DNA of 50,030 nt from Octopus bimaculoides. Its lineage: Eukaryota. Positions 25,901 to 39,822 of the stretch are shown piece by piece (positions within the stretch are counted from its first letter, which is position 1; every line of letters starts with the position of its first letter). The translations under genes were made by a program, and so were the position numbers. The stretch is from NCBI RefSeq assembly GCF_001194135.2, contig NC_068982.1:65911049-65961078 (forward strand), in the 5' to 3' direction. The notes under the pieces are model-generated. The model searched no databases, was not told the DNA's origin, and saw nothing but the letters and a program-made list of their open reading frames with translations.

Positions 25901-27944
25901 CAGTTATTTATATATAAGAAGTGATAATCTTCTAAAGCTATTTAATATTTAATAGTAGTTTTTATGTCATTTGTTGACCCTTTTTTTATATAACATTTAT
26001 ATATCTAGTTACCCTTTATAGTACTAAGGGTCGGACAGATCTATAAATTAATGAACTAACCAGAACATCCTGGGATCAACTAATCCTACACTGTCCCAGA
26101 GTAGATCGCTGCTTGAAGTTGTTTCATTCAAACTTAGTGTTAATACTCTTGAAAGGCAATGAATTGCTACAAAATCCTTACTTTAGCTTCCCTAAACATA
26201 TGGGAATACTTCTAACAAAACTCATTTATTGCACCATGGAATTTTTTCCCCAGAATGAAGGACAGGACAGTATAATATAGAGAACCAACTATTGCCCTTG
26301 TAATGGGTGTCTTAGGTAATGAGGCTGTCACAAGCCTACAGGCCATAGTTTATCCAGTTTCTGTGGTAGATAAGCAACCAAGAGTAAAATACTCCTCACT
26401 GAAAAAGGTTTCAGGTCCGTCGAAGGGTTAACACACATCTGTTGCTGGTTTTCATTTTCAGCTGAATGGACCAGAACAATGTGAAATTAAGTGTTTTGTT
26501 TAAGAACACAACATGCCATTGGGTCCGGAAATCAAAACCACACCCTTACGATCGTGTGTCCAATACCTTAGCCACTAGAGCATGGACCTTCACTTTCCCT
26601 AATGTGCTAAAGAGAAATCATGAAATGGGGCTGACGTTATCACTCAGTTTAATTCCTAAAGAACTAGTCCAGATCAAATGTCAAAACGAATTAAAGGAAC
26701 AGGAGGTATTATAGTCAGTCGGATACCAATCAATGGAATTACTTCCCCTATAACCATGTACCTGAACAAGTTGTCTCCCTTATAAAGAGGTAACAGTGAA
26801 TTATGTCCCCTATCTGTAACCCAATGAAATTTGCTAATTACAAATTGTCTGAGCATTAAAAGCACTGAAAGTTAACATGAAATATTTTGGACATTACAAA
26901 CCTCCATAACATGTCACACATTTTTACAAAGCCGGCATATGCAAGTTCAAATGCTCCTCTGTGTTTTGATTCTAAGAGTTGTGTTGTGAAATAATCCCCA
27001 ATGGATATCACCTGTTGATAGTATAAAGTAAAACATTAAGCATCATCATAACAGTTTTAATGTTCAATTTTTTCATGCTTGTATGGGTCGGACAGAATTT
27101 ATTGAGGTACATTTTCAACTACGAGGTGTCCTTCCTGTCGCCAACCTTCACTTGTTTGCAAGCAAGGCAATATTTTCCCATGGCCAGACATGCTTTTAGG
27201 AAATGAATGACACTACTTGTGTGACAATGACACTCACAATTACCACTGCTTCAAGACAAGACCGAACACACACACACACACACACACACAGTTTCCGCCC
27301 ACAAGACACACTCATAAGGCTTTGACCAGTCTGAAGCTATATTAGAAGACACTTGCCCACGGTGTCACACAGTGGAACTGAACCTGGGACCACATGGTTA
27401 AGTAGCAAATTTCTTAACGCCTTGTGAATAGAATAGACGGAAACTGTATAAGGAACGCTACCGGGCATGCGCACACGTGTGTGTGCTTTATATATCATCA
27501 TCATCATCATCGTTTAACGTCCGCTTTCCATGCTAGCATGGGTTGGACGATTTGACTGAGGACTGGTGAACCAGATGGCTACGCCAGGCTCCAATCTGAT
27601 TTGGCAGAGTTTCTACAGCTGGATGCCCTTCCTAATGCCAACTGCTCCAAGAGTGTAGCGGGTGCTTTTATGTGCCATCGGCATGAAGGCCAGTCACGAG
27701 GTACTGGCAATGGGGATGCTCGAAATGGTGTATTTTACGTGCCACCTGCACAGGAGCCATCCAGTGGTACTGGCGACGATCTCGCTTGAATGTCTTTTCA
27801 CATGCCAGGAAGGCAACGTTGGTAACGATCACGCTCAAATGGTGCTATTTACGTGCCACAGGCACGGAAGCCTGACAGCTGGTGCTCTGTCAATGATCAC
27901 GCTCGGACAGTGCTCTTAGTGATCTACTGGTACAGGTACCATCA

Positions 27945-28007
<63 letters not shown>

Positions 28008-31000
28008 TACATATATAAATACAGAAGCAACACAAATTCCCTATGTATATAAGATACATATTCTTCATAGAATGCAAAGAGGCAAGATTTAATGCTTGTT
28101 TGGTGAAATGTCATTCTAATATAGTTAAGCACATATATTGCATAACTTTTCAAACAGAATCATTTATGTGTAATGTGCTTAACATTTTCTTACAGTGAAA
28201 TGATTGGTGTTAGGAAGGGCATCCAGCTGTGGAAACCATGCCAAAGCAGACACAGAACACTGGCTCATTTGCTCTTGTCAAACCATCCAACTCATGCCAA
28301 CACAGAAAAAGGATGCTAAATGATGATGATTATATATACACACACACACATATGTATATATGTATATATATATTATGTATATGAAAGAGGGAGTGGGGGA
28401 GAATGGATGGATGGATATATTAAGTTCTTTTGAAACTGAAAGTTTATCTCATGGTTGAAGTTTCATGCCACTGTGATCATCATCGTCGTTTAACGTCTGC
28501 TTTCCATGCTAGCATGGGTTGGACGATTTGACTGAGGACTGGTGAAACCAGATGGCTACGCCAGGCTCCAATCTGATTTGGCAGAGTTTCTACAGCTGGA
28601 TGCCCTTCCTAACGCCAACCAGAGAGTGTAGTGTGTGCTTTTACGTGCCACCAAAATGAAGGCCAGTCAGGCGGTACTGGTAACGGCATGCTCAAAATGG
28701 TGTATTTTATGTGCCACCCGCACAAGAGCCAGTCCAGGGGCACTGGCAACGATCTCTCTCGAAAGTCCTTACACATGCCACGGGCACAAGTGCCAGAAAG
28801 GCGATGCTGGGCACAGGTGCCATCACGATTTCGCTTTTGCTTGCCCCAATAAGTCTTCGCAAGCTGAGTTTCATGTCCAATGAAGGAGACGACGTTGGCA
28901 TGGGTGCCAGTCGTCGAATTTAACTCGATTTCGATTTCAACAGGTCTTCGCAAGTGGAGTTTAGTGTCCAATGAAGGAAGGTACGCATAAGTGGACTGGC
29001 TGAGGCCTTAGATTTAGGTCTCACAGGAATATACATATAAGTGTGAAGGTGCGTGGCTTAGTGGTTAAGATATTTGGCTCATGATCATAAGGTCATGAGT
29101 TCAATTCCTGGCAATTTGTTGTCCTTGAACAAGACACTATTTCACGGTGCTCCAGTTCACTCAGCTGGCAAAAGTGAGTAGTACTAGTATTTCAAAGGGC
29201 TGACCTTGTCCCATTCTGTGTCACACTGAATCTCCCTAAAAATTGTGTTAAGGGTATACGTGTCTGTGAAGTGCTCAGCCACTTGCATGTTAATTTTATG
29301 AGCAGGCCATTCCATTGGTCAAATCAGCTGGGACCCTTGTCATTATAACTGACAGAGTGCTCCTACATATATATGTGTGTATGCATGCATGCATGCATAT
29401 ATATTTGGAAGTGCTTGAGAATGCTTATATTCTGCATCTTCATATGAAAGCATTTAGCTAAAAAGGGTAATGTTTATTAACATTTTCTGTTAACAAATTG
29501 TTCTCTAGGGTGGGCAACTTATAAAAAGTGAGCTTCCAGCAGTAAAACAATACCTTCATAACATGAGTCTAACTCATGTTAGCGTTTAAAAATGGATATA
29601 AAACTTATTCTGACGACTTCTAATGCACCTGACTACTGCGTAGAATAAGCTCATTATTATTATTAAACAAATGAAACCATGATTCATTGGGTGCCTTGCA
29701 CTATAATATTAAAAAAATTTTCTGAACAGTTTTAGGTTTAGGCTCAAAATAACCACTTTGACTTTTATGCTTAGAATTTTATAGACTACTAAGATAAATA
29801 ATAAATGTATAAATAACAAAAGGCTAGCTGTCTGGATAGATAGCTTATTAGAACTATACATTCATCAAAAAACGTTAAAAGAGGGGACAGACATATAATT
29901 CAAGCAAAGAAAGACAGCAATGAAAGCCAAGGCACATGCACAGTACATGTAAAATACAAAAGGCAGAAATGTGAACCGTAAAAGAGCGAGAAAGAGGAAA
30001 GGGTGCATGGGCACCTCAGTAGTACTGTTGGAGAAATTTCAGCTAACAGCTAACAACTGACACAGGTACTTTATTCCATGTGTCGACAATTCTGAGTGTG
30101 GAAAAATGTTTTTGAAAAAATGAATGCTGCATCACTTTTTGATTTTATAAACCTTATAAAATATTATTGATTCCATCCTTTTCTTTAGGATCCAATTACA
30201 GAAAACAGCAGAAAATGATATAATATAGAAGTAATAGTAGAACCTAAGGTAAAAGTTGGTCAACATTTTTTTTTTAAGATAGCAAGTGAAAAGTGAAAGC
30301 AAAGTTTGATGATGTGGAAATTATTTAACGAACCTGATTAACTGTGATTAGATCTGGTTTATCATTGAGATTAACGTCTCCATCTCCTACTGAAATATCT
30401 TGACAAATTTGTCCCAATAACAATGACACTTCTTTGATACTCCTCCAACAACACACAACCAAATACTCTGGCATCAGCGTAACTAATTCATTGCTCTGAG
30501 AAATCGCATTCTGAAGGGCCTCTTGGTCTCCTTGACACCCAACAAGAGCGCCAACATTTAACCCAGGACCTGCAATAAAAGCAAAATGTCTACAGAAAGG
30601 AAACATTGTCATCAACCATGTAGTGAAAAGTAAATATAAAATTTAAACATTAGCGACAGTCTCAGGGTAACTATGGTTATAGTGGTGTGTTAACATTAGC
30701 AACAGTTACTGATTAACAATAAATTTTATTTTTTTAGAAATAATACATTTCTAAATCTCCCAGAGAGATTTATGCAGTAGTGATACGATGAAGTAGTTGT
30801 ATGCTGTCAACTTAATGTGACAGTCCCCTGAAGGGAATAATACTACTGTTGGTTAGACCTAGGAAGCTGCACTGCTTCCTATCAGCCTTGACACATTTCC
30901 TGTGTCCTTATGTTTACAAGGGGGAGACAAGCACCCATGTAAACATAAGGACACAGAAAATGTGTCACGGCTGACAGGAAGTGGTGCAGCTTCCTAGGTC

Positions 31001-34000
31001 TAACCAACAATAGTATTATTCCCTTCAGTGGACTGTCACATTAAGTTGACAGCATACAACTACTACAATAAATTTTCTGTTGAGTTAAAACTAGCAATAG
31101 TTTCAGATTGATAGTGAGTTTAATGTAATAGTATTAGCAACAATTTCAGATCAACTATGGCTATTATATTGAGTAAACATAAACAAGTATCATAGAAATT
31201 AATACATTAACATTTAATGATGACGAAACTCAAATTTTGTTTAGCTCTCACTTTAGTGCCTTACTTTTAGGTATTACAAACACTCAAATGTACTTACACT
31301 CCAGCAAGAAACACCACATATTTAACCCTTTCACATTTAACCCTGTTATACTGAAGTTGTATGCATTAGAGTGTTAATACAAGCAGCTTCCAAATTTACA
31401 TGTACTAGTGTTCATATTTTCATAAATCTACTTCTAGTGAAAGCTTACTCTCCTAAGTCACTCATCAGTGAGCCCTGGTGAGTGACATACGAGAAAAAGT
31501 CTCTATCTATTTGTAGTGACCATAAAGTATTTAACTGCATACTGTTCTTGTCTAATGTGAGTGAAGTGCAATATTTTTTTCTTGATTATGTCTAAAGATT
31601 ATTCCTCTGTGCTGTTAAAGGAGACAAGATTGGCATAACCTAATTGGATGTTACTCTTTTACTTGTTTCAGTCTTTTGACTGTGGCCATGCTGGAGCACC
31701 GCCTTTAGTCGAGCAAATCAACCCCAGGACTTATTCTTTGGAAGCCTAGTACTTATTCTATCGGTCTCTTTTGCTGAACTGCTAAGTTACGGGGACGTCA
31801 ACACACTAGCATCGGTTGTCAAGCGATGTTGGGGGGACAAACACAGACAAACATACATATATATATATATACATATATACGACGAGCTTCTTTCAGTTTC
31901 CGTCTACCAAATCCACTCACAAGGCTTTGGTCGGCCCGAGGCTATAGTAGAAGACACTTGCCCAAGATGCCACGCAGTGGGACTGAACCCGGAACCGTGT
32001 GGTTGGTAAGCAAGCTACTTACCACACAGCCACTCCTATGCCTATAGCTACTTACCACACAGCCAATCCTACGCCTGTTAGAAGAGAATTAAAAAACAAA
32101 AAATAAACAGTGGAAGCCAGCATTGGCAAAAGTCTTTTTTCTTTTATTTGGTTACTTATCCTTAGGAAGAGATGCAATGCTCATGGTTTTCAACAAAGTC
32201 TAATCATATAGATAATGTTGATTTCAAACTTTGGCACAAGGCCAGCATGTTTGGGAGAGGAAGTAAGTTAATTACAGTAACTCCAGTACTCAAGTGGTAC
32301 TTATTTTATTGATTCTGAAAAGATGAAAAGCAAAGTTGACTTCAGCAGAATTTGAACTCAGTATGTGAAGATGGACAAAATACCGCTAGACATTTCAATT
32401 GGCATGCTAATGATTCTGCAAGCTCACTGCCTTGAACATATAGATATTAACATATTCTGGTGTTAGGGAGGATATGGGGTTAGGAAGGGTGTCCCTCCTG
32501 ACAACTTAATGATCTTCCTATAAGGTATAGTTTTTATAATAACATTTTGTTTTACTGAATTGCACACCAAATTAGAGATACCAACAATTATATTAGTGAT
32601 TAGCTGTCAAGGATTAGTGGTCAGTTTGTAGTGATCCTTATGCAACCAAGTAAAGTTTTAGATGTTCACTATTTTTCACCAGTTTATTGGACCAGTTATG
32701 AAGAAATATCTCTTAGTTATGCACTTGTTATGTAAGTGTGGATCTCAAAGCTCTCGTTTACCATTTTAGCTCTACAAAACTCAGCAAGAACAAGTTGTTC
32801 ACTCTCACTTTCTTTGACAACTCTCAGCCAGAGCTGAGCAGTAAACTGATGGAATTGGTCACAGTCTGTTCATTTCAATTAATAGAATACAAGACACATT
32901 TCAGCTAAATTTCAACAAATTATCAACTATATATGTTGATTTCCTTTATTTTATCTCAGCAATACTTTCTATTCACACTTCATCTGTAACATAAAGAGCT
33001 TCATACCAAGAACATTATTCCTACACCACATTTACCTGAAACTGGCTTATGAATCTTGTAATTAAAAATTACTACTATTCTCCGTGCGTATTGTCATAAA
33101 CTATTTGGAAGTGAAGACATGTTGTATAATCACATTGAATTAAATTACCACTTTGGCTGGTAGATGTCTAGTCTTCTGGTGGTGTATAGAAAATAAAGAG
33201 AATTATTATATATATTCTATAGGTGTTGTCACTGTACATGATACTTTATGCAAGCCACAAGGAAAAATAAAAAATAACACTCTTTTTTTTCTTTAGTTAA
33301 AAAAATCCAATAGCTTACCCATTATAGCATCTTCTGGAATGTTCCCTTCCGGTGAAGAGTTATGTACAACTGGAGATACTATAGTAGACACCTCAAGACA
33401 AACATTAACAATTATATCGAAGATATTTCTCCAACATTCGGTAGCATCTTCCATTTGACTGTCAAAGGTAAATCATATAAGTTTATGAAAGATATATTTA
33501 CAGCAATCAGTAAAAATTTATCAAAAAACAGATGCATAAGTTTTGTCTGTAATAACAGAAGATCAAGAAACAATTAAGAATTCATTGGTTGAATACATTT
33601 AAATATATAATTTTATATCTAGTTGGAGCTCACTGAAGACCTTGTAATCATCCTGTATTAATCATCATCATTGTTTTAATGTCCACTTTTCCATGCTTCC
33701 ATGAGTCAGACTAAACTTGTTGAAGCAGAATTTCTATGGCCAGATGCCCTTCCTGTAACTAACACTCACCTGTTTCCAAGCATGGTCATATTTCTCCATG
33801 GCCTGATATATGTTTCATAGAAGACTAGGAACAAACAAAACCACTTGTGTAATAGTGATGCTTGTTTACAACCATTATGTGATGACAAATATGGGTGCAC
33901 ACACATGCGCACATACACACACGACTTCTTTCAGTTTCCAAATCCACTGACAAGGCTCTGGTTGGCTGACAATTGTCCAAGGTGTTGCACTGTGGGATTG

Positions 34001-37000
34001 AACCCAAAACAAAATGGCTGGGAAGCAAGGTTCTTCAAAATAGTGCCATGCTTGCAGCAAAGGAAAATATACTGAAGAGATTTCTCATTACCTTCTCTAC
34101 AATTCTAGTGTTATTTGAACTCAGTACAATAAGCTAATGTAACATCCATTAGATATGCAATTTCTATAACACTTTCAGAGATAAACTCTAGTTTCATATT
34201 TGCAGCTATTATGAAATGCCTCATAGCAAAGTACTTGACTTTACTTTTTCCAGGTTGTTTGTTTGATGAAAACAGGTTTCATTCATTAATTGATTAGCAA
34301 GCAGTTGGAAATAGAAATGGTATCCTGCTGTAAAAATAACTGCTCTAGTACATAAATCTCAACAATGAAAGTGGATGGTACCCGCAGAAGAGGGAGACCC
34401 AGGAAGACATGGGATGAAGTGGTAAGGACCGATCTCAGGAAGTTGGGCCTCACAGAGGAAATGGCAATGGACCAAGATATTTGGCGATATGAAGTTCTTG
34501 AGAAGACCTGCCCACATCAATAAAACTGAGTCTTAGAAGTGCTGTGTGTCCCACCGACACTTAAGAAAACTTCTCACACACTCTACCACAACAAACCAAA
34601 CTACGTCTCTACATCTCTTTTCTTCCTCACATTTCCACTTCATGCACTAGGCTTATCTCCCACTCCCCAATCCTGTATCATTGCTCTCTGCTTGACCTCA
34701 CTTTTTTGTTCTACCCACACACCCTGTCTCACTGTACTATTGCTATCTGCTAGCCTCAGACCTGTGTGTTCCACCCACACATAAAACTTTTCCCTTTTCC
34801 CCCACCCTACCCCAACAAACAATCTATATCTCCACATCTCTTTTCTTTCTCACACTTCCTCCTTCATACACTATGCCTAGCTCTGACTCCCCAATCCTGT
34901 CCTCACGGCCCTGTTCTTTTGTATCAATGCTATCCAGTAGCCCCCACCTCCCAACTCTATATATATTCAGGTTTTATGCCACTGACTCTCACTCTTTAAT
35001 CACACTTCCTTCGCAATATCCTGCCACTTATATTATGGTGTTGGAACCTCAAAGGTATGCCCTGGCATTTGCCACCATCTATATCTCTCTCCCATTACTC
35101 AATCATCCTATTTATATTCTGATCCCCATTCCTTCTGAGTATGCCTAGCATTTTGTCACCATTTCTATCATACTGTCTCCCACTCTCTCTTTCTCCTGCA
35201 CTTCCCTCAGGTTGGGTAACCATGTATTTCCTTTGCGGTAGTACACCTGTTTCTGTCTTCATTCCTGATCTCTCTCTCACTGGCCAGGTGACCTTGTACT
35301 TCCTCTACAGTAAGACACCTGTATCTGTCTCACAATGACCTTTCATCATCCAACACGAGATCACCTCCTCCAATGCCTCCTCCCCACCTGAAAGATTTTG
35401 TTTTGCCTTACAAGTACTTGGTGACCCTGTCAGTGCAGGTGCCACTTAAAAGCACCCAGTCCACACTCTAAGTGGTTGGTGTTCAGAAGAGCATCTAGCT
35501 GTAAAAACCTTGCCAAATTGACCTCGCTTGTGCTTGTACCACTTAAAAAGCATGAAGAGTGGTCGGTGTTAAGAAGGGCAGCCAGCTGTGAAAATCCTGC
35601 CAAAACAGTCACAGAAGTCTGGTGCAGGCTTCTGCTTGGCCGGCTCTTGTGAAACCGCCCCACCCATACTAGCATGGAAGGCAGACATTAAACGATGATG
35701 ATGAAGATAATGAATGCAAGCATGAAAAACAGTGCAGTCCTCTTAAAGAAGATAGCATTATGTAGGAGAAAATATAAACACTATTGAGTCATTCTGTTGT
35801 ATTTACCAAAAGACAAGGAACAGTAGTAAATTAATTTATAATGGTTGACAGTTGGCAAAAGGAAACTATACAAAATCTGACAACAGAGCTTAATGCAGCC
35901 CTATGGATCAATGGACCCTGTTAAACCATCCAACTCATACTAGCATGGAAATCTGACATTAAACAATGACGATTATAATAATAGTGATGATGATGATAAT
36001 GATGGTGATGATGATAATGATATGTGTTTGCTTCTCAAAATATTTCCAGTTCCCTTATACTCACCTTCCTCTTATATTAACATTATATATCCTTACATGA
36101 AATTCCCTACAAAAGTTAGTCACATAATGTCTAATGCAATGCTGTATATGGACAAACAATTTATAATAAATAAACAAATAACAAGCTTCTTACCTTTGAT
36201 CCAAACTGGTAAGGATGTAACGTATGCAGTGAATTGTGGGATACAAAGGGCGGCTAGCAGCTGCATGCACTAAAGAATCGTGGGCAACTTGTATTTGGTC
36301 CTTAAGTAATACAATAAGTAACCAAACAATACGGAGATAGTTTTTCGTTTTAAATTTATTGTTAAAGATCACTTGTTCCAGCTGATCCATGTCAGCTGAC
36401 ATCGTAGTTAACAACTGGAGTTGATAATCATCAAGAACTGGACCAATGCTGTCTTGGCAGAGCAGAAGATGTAAGAGGTAGGCTGCAGTTGAACAATCCT
36501 GAGGTTTAGTGCTGGTACAAAGAGTCATGGCTATGGAAAGCAGTTCTTTCTGATATGAGGTATTCTGGAGTGGGAAAGAAAAAAAATGAAAAAGAATTAA
36601 GACAAAGATGGAAAAAAGAATTGTTTTGAAGACAGGCACAAGCATAGTTGTTTGGTTAAGGAGCTTGTTTCAGGTTGAGTCCCACTACTACAGCCTATAG
36701 CTCCAGGTTAACAAATGCTCTATGAGTGAATTTGGAAGGCAAAAACATGGGTGCTTTTCTAGTTGCCAACCCTCACCTGTTTCCAAGCAATGGGTCTGGA
36801 GATATTGTTATGGAAGATTATGATCAATCATTATCACTTGTACAATAGTGGTTTATTTGCAATTAGCATGTGATGTCAAAACAAGCACATATGCAGCTAA
36901 AGCAGGCTTTTACTTTTAATTTATGTCTACCAAATTCCCTCACAAGCTTTTTGTCAACCCTGGGCTATAGTACAAAACATTCAGCCAAGATGTCATGCAG

Positions 37001-38583
37001 TGGAAGTGAAGCTGAAAAAATGTGGTTGCAGAGTAAACTTTTTAACCACACAGGTCATTTTCATGTAATGCTTACAGTTTACATTTCCTTCAAGGAATAA
37101 CTTACGTAATTCTTTTATCCATCTTTTGATTAACAGAATAATCATGGGTGGTAATGCTAATCTGTCCCCCAGTTTAAAACCACCACCTAACCTTGAGTGC
37201 TTTTAATAGCCATGAGTTAAGCTTTTACTTTACTTCCCCTCACTAGTCACACAGGCTCTGCAAAATGTTCTTGAGCAGAGCCCTCCACTTTTAAATAGGA
37301 CATAAAATATTTAAAAAAACTCTTTTAATCTAACCTACCTTCAGAAAAAATGGTTTCGGCAAAGCTATGAATATTTTGAAAGCAGTAGTTTTATTCTCTT
37401 CAAAAGTATCAGTGAGACACTGTAACAAAGTCAATTGTCTTGACTCTGTTACTGTGGACAGAGGAAACATACTATCGGTCTTGTTATCTGAAAAATTGGA
37501 AGCAATTGCTAAAAATTTAAAAGGTACATAGTGATAATGATAATGATGGTGGTGGAGATGAAGATGGAATGGTATTAATGAAAATCATAGGGAGTTGTGT
37601 AGGTGTTGATAATGGTGACAATATCATGGTCTGTTGCTGCCAATGCTAACAGCGGCTGATGATGGGGATGATCAGGATTGGTCTACTGTGAATAGAAACG
37701 TATGAGTAGTGTACTAATTGCAATTAAATGCAAGCTACTTCCATCTAAACTATATCAGCAGGGGATAAAATAAAAAAATGATAGTGAGGATGAGATGATC
37801 AGGTTTTAAAAGAGACTTACTGTCAAGAGCTTCTGGTTTGAAAATATCCACAATGAGTGCGATGATGCTAAGAGCAGTGGTTCGACAAGTGAAGGGAGTT
37901 GATGGAAAGATCTTATCCAAAAGCAAAGCCATCAAATCAGACAAAAATATCTATGAATAGAAAAGGTTAAAATGTTTGGATAAATGAAATTTTGAAGAAA
38001 GTGAAGATGGCATCTTAGGGGACAGATGTTCACTTTTTTTTCTTAACCACTGATTTTCACATTAAAAAGATATGACAAGACTTTTACAAAGCTTTTCCTT
38101 GAAATGTTACAAAAAATTATATATATATGCACACACACACACACACACACACACAAATAGCTAGGGAGGAAGCAAACATACTTAATGTAGTGATCCCTCA
38201 CCCTACAAAACATTTGAATTAAAATTACAACTGTAATCAAGAGAAAGATCATTAGCTTTGATGATCAATCCTAGTATAGAAAAATAAAAGAAACAACTCC
38301 AAAACGTCTCTTACTTTTGTCAACAAAAATTTCAACGTTCCCTTTTCTATGCTCACATGGATTGCACAGAATTTGTTAAGGTGGATTTTCTACAGCCATA
38401 TGCCCTTCTTGTTGCTAACCCTCATCTGTTACGAAGTAAGGTAATATTTCCCAAGAGCAGACATGTTTCATGAAAGACTGGAAATGAAGTTCACCACCTG
38501 CATAATGGTGACACTTATTTATGACAACCACATGATGTCAAGGCAAGGAGACAGTAACACACACACATGTATGTATATATATG

Positions 38584-38676
<93 letters not shown>

Positions 38677-39789
38677 AGAATTCACAAAAAAAACCCCAAA
38701 AGACAAAGACAGGTGGTGTAGAAAACAAACAGATGTATTAGTATAATGCTCAGGAATTGAAAAAGTCTTTAACGTTTTGAGCCTACGCTCTTCCACAGAA
38801 AGGAACACAGAAAGAAACAAGGAGAGAAACAAGCAGAGAAAAAAATGTGTGTAGTGGTTAGCGAGGGTATGGTAAATAGACTGTCGTCTAAATTACGCAA
38901 AAATGAAAATAACACTGACATCTCATTTTTACAGATATATTTACAAAAATTACATGAAAATATATTGAAATACTAAAGAGTAAATATATTCAATAAAATC
39001 GCCATTGGCTTCAACCATGGCCTTCAGAAGACTTTGGAATCTCCTACAATTCTTCTGGATGGTCTCCTTGTTTAAGTTGGTGAATGCTGCCATAATCCTT
39101 GCCTTCAGTTCATCTTTGGTGTTACATGGAGTTTTATTGGCTGCTGGCTCAACTGAACCCCACACATCAAGGGGATTGCAGTCTGGGGAGTTAGGTGGCC
39201 AGATGTTAGGAGTGATGTGGTCACAGAAATTGTCTGATAGCCATGACTGGGTTCTCTTGTTGGTGTGGCATGGCACAGAGTCCTGTTGTCAAATATAAGG
39301 TCATCCAGCAGCCACCCTCTTGCCCCAGGGCAGCACTACCTCCTCCAGGCACTTGCTGCAGGCCTCTGTGTTGAGTCTGAGGCCGTGTGAGAAGATGAAT
39401 GGAGGCATAACATCACCATCACTAGTGATCACTCCAAACACCATTATGTTGACTGGATGTTTGATTTTGATCACTTTTGGTACATGTCCTCAGATTACGC
39501 TGTCCTCAGATTGACACCAAACACTCTGGAATATTCATATTGGAGCTTCTGGTGCAAATGCCAAGCAGTACAGCATGTCATTTCCAAATTTCTGGCAGAT
39601 TAAATTGTGTCATGGTGCTGTTTTTCTCACAGACAGTGCCCAACTGATCCTACTATACTGTGTAGTTGACAAAATCAAAAACAAACAATGCGCATGCGTG
39701 AAATTAAAATATAAAATGGTGATGATTTACATGTAGATGTGTGTGTGTGTGTGTATGTATATAAATATATATGTATATATCTGTGTGTG

Positions 39790-39822
<33 letters not shown>

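Noticed and set aside
28609-28971. Overlapping 60-120-aa ORFs in family-B retroposons (also 1420, 27601)
   Set aside because: Chance frames in GC-rich repeat copies; stop positions differ between copies.
38463-38832. ORFs rich in YIYI/CVCV/HTHT (also at 2581, 27853, 42403)
   Set aside because: Microsatellite translations.
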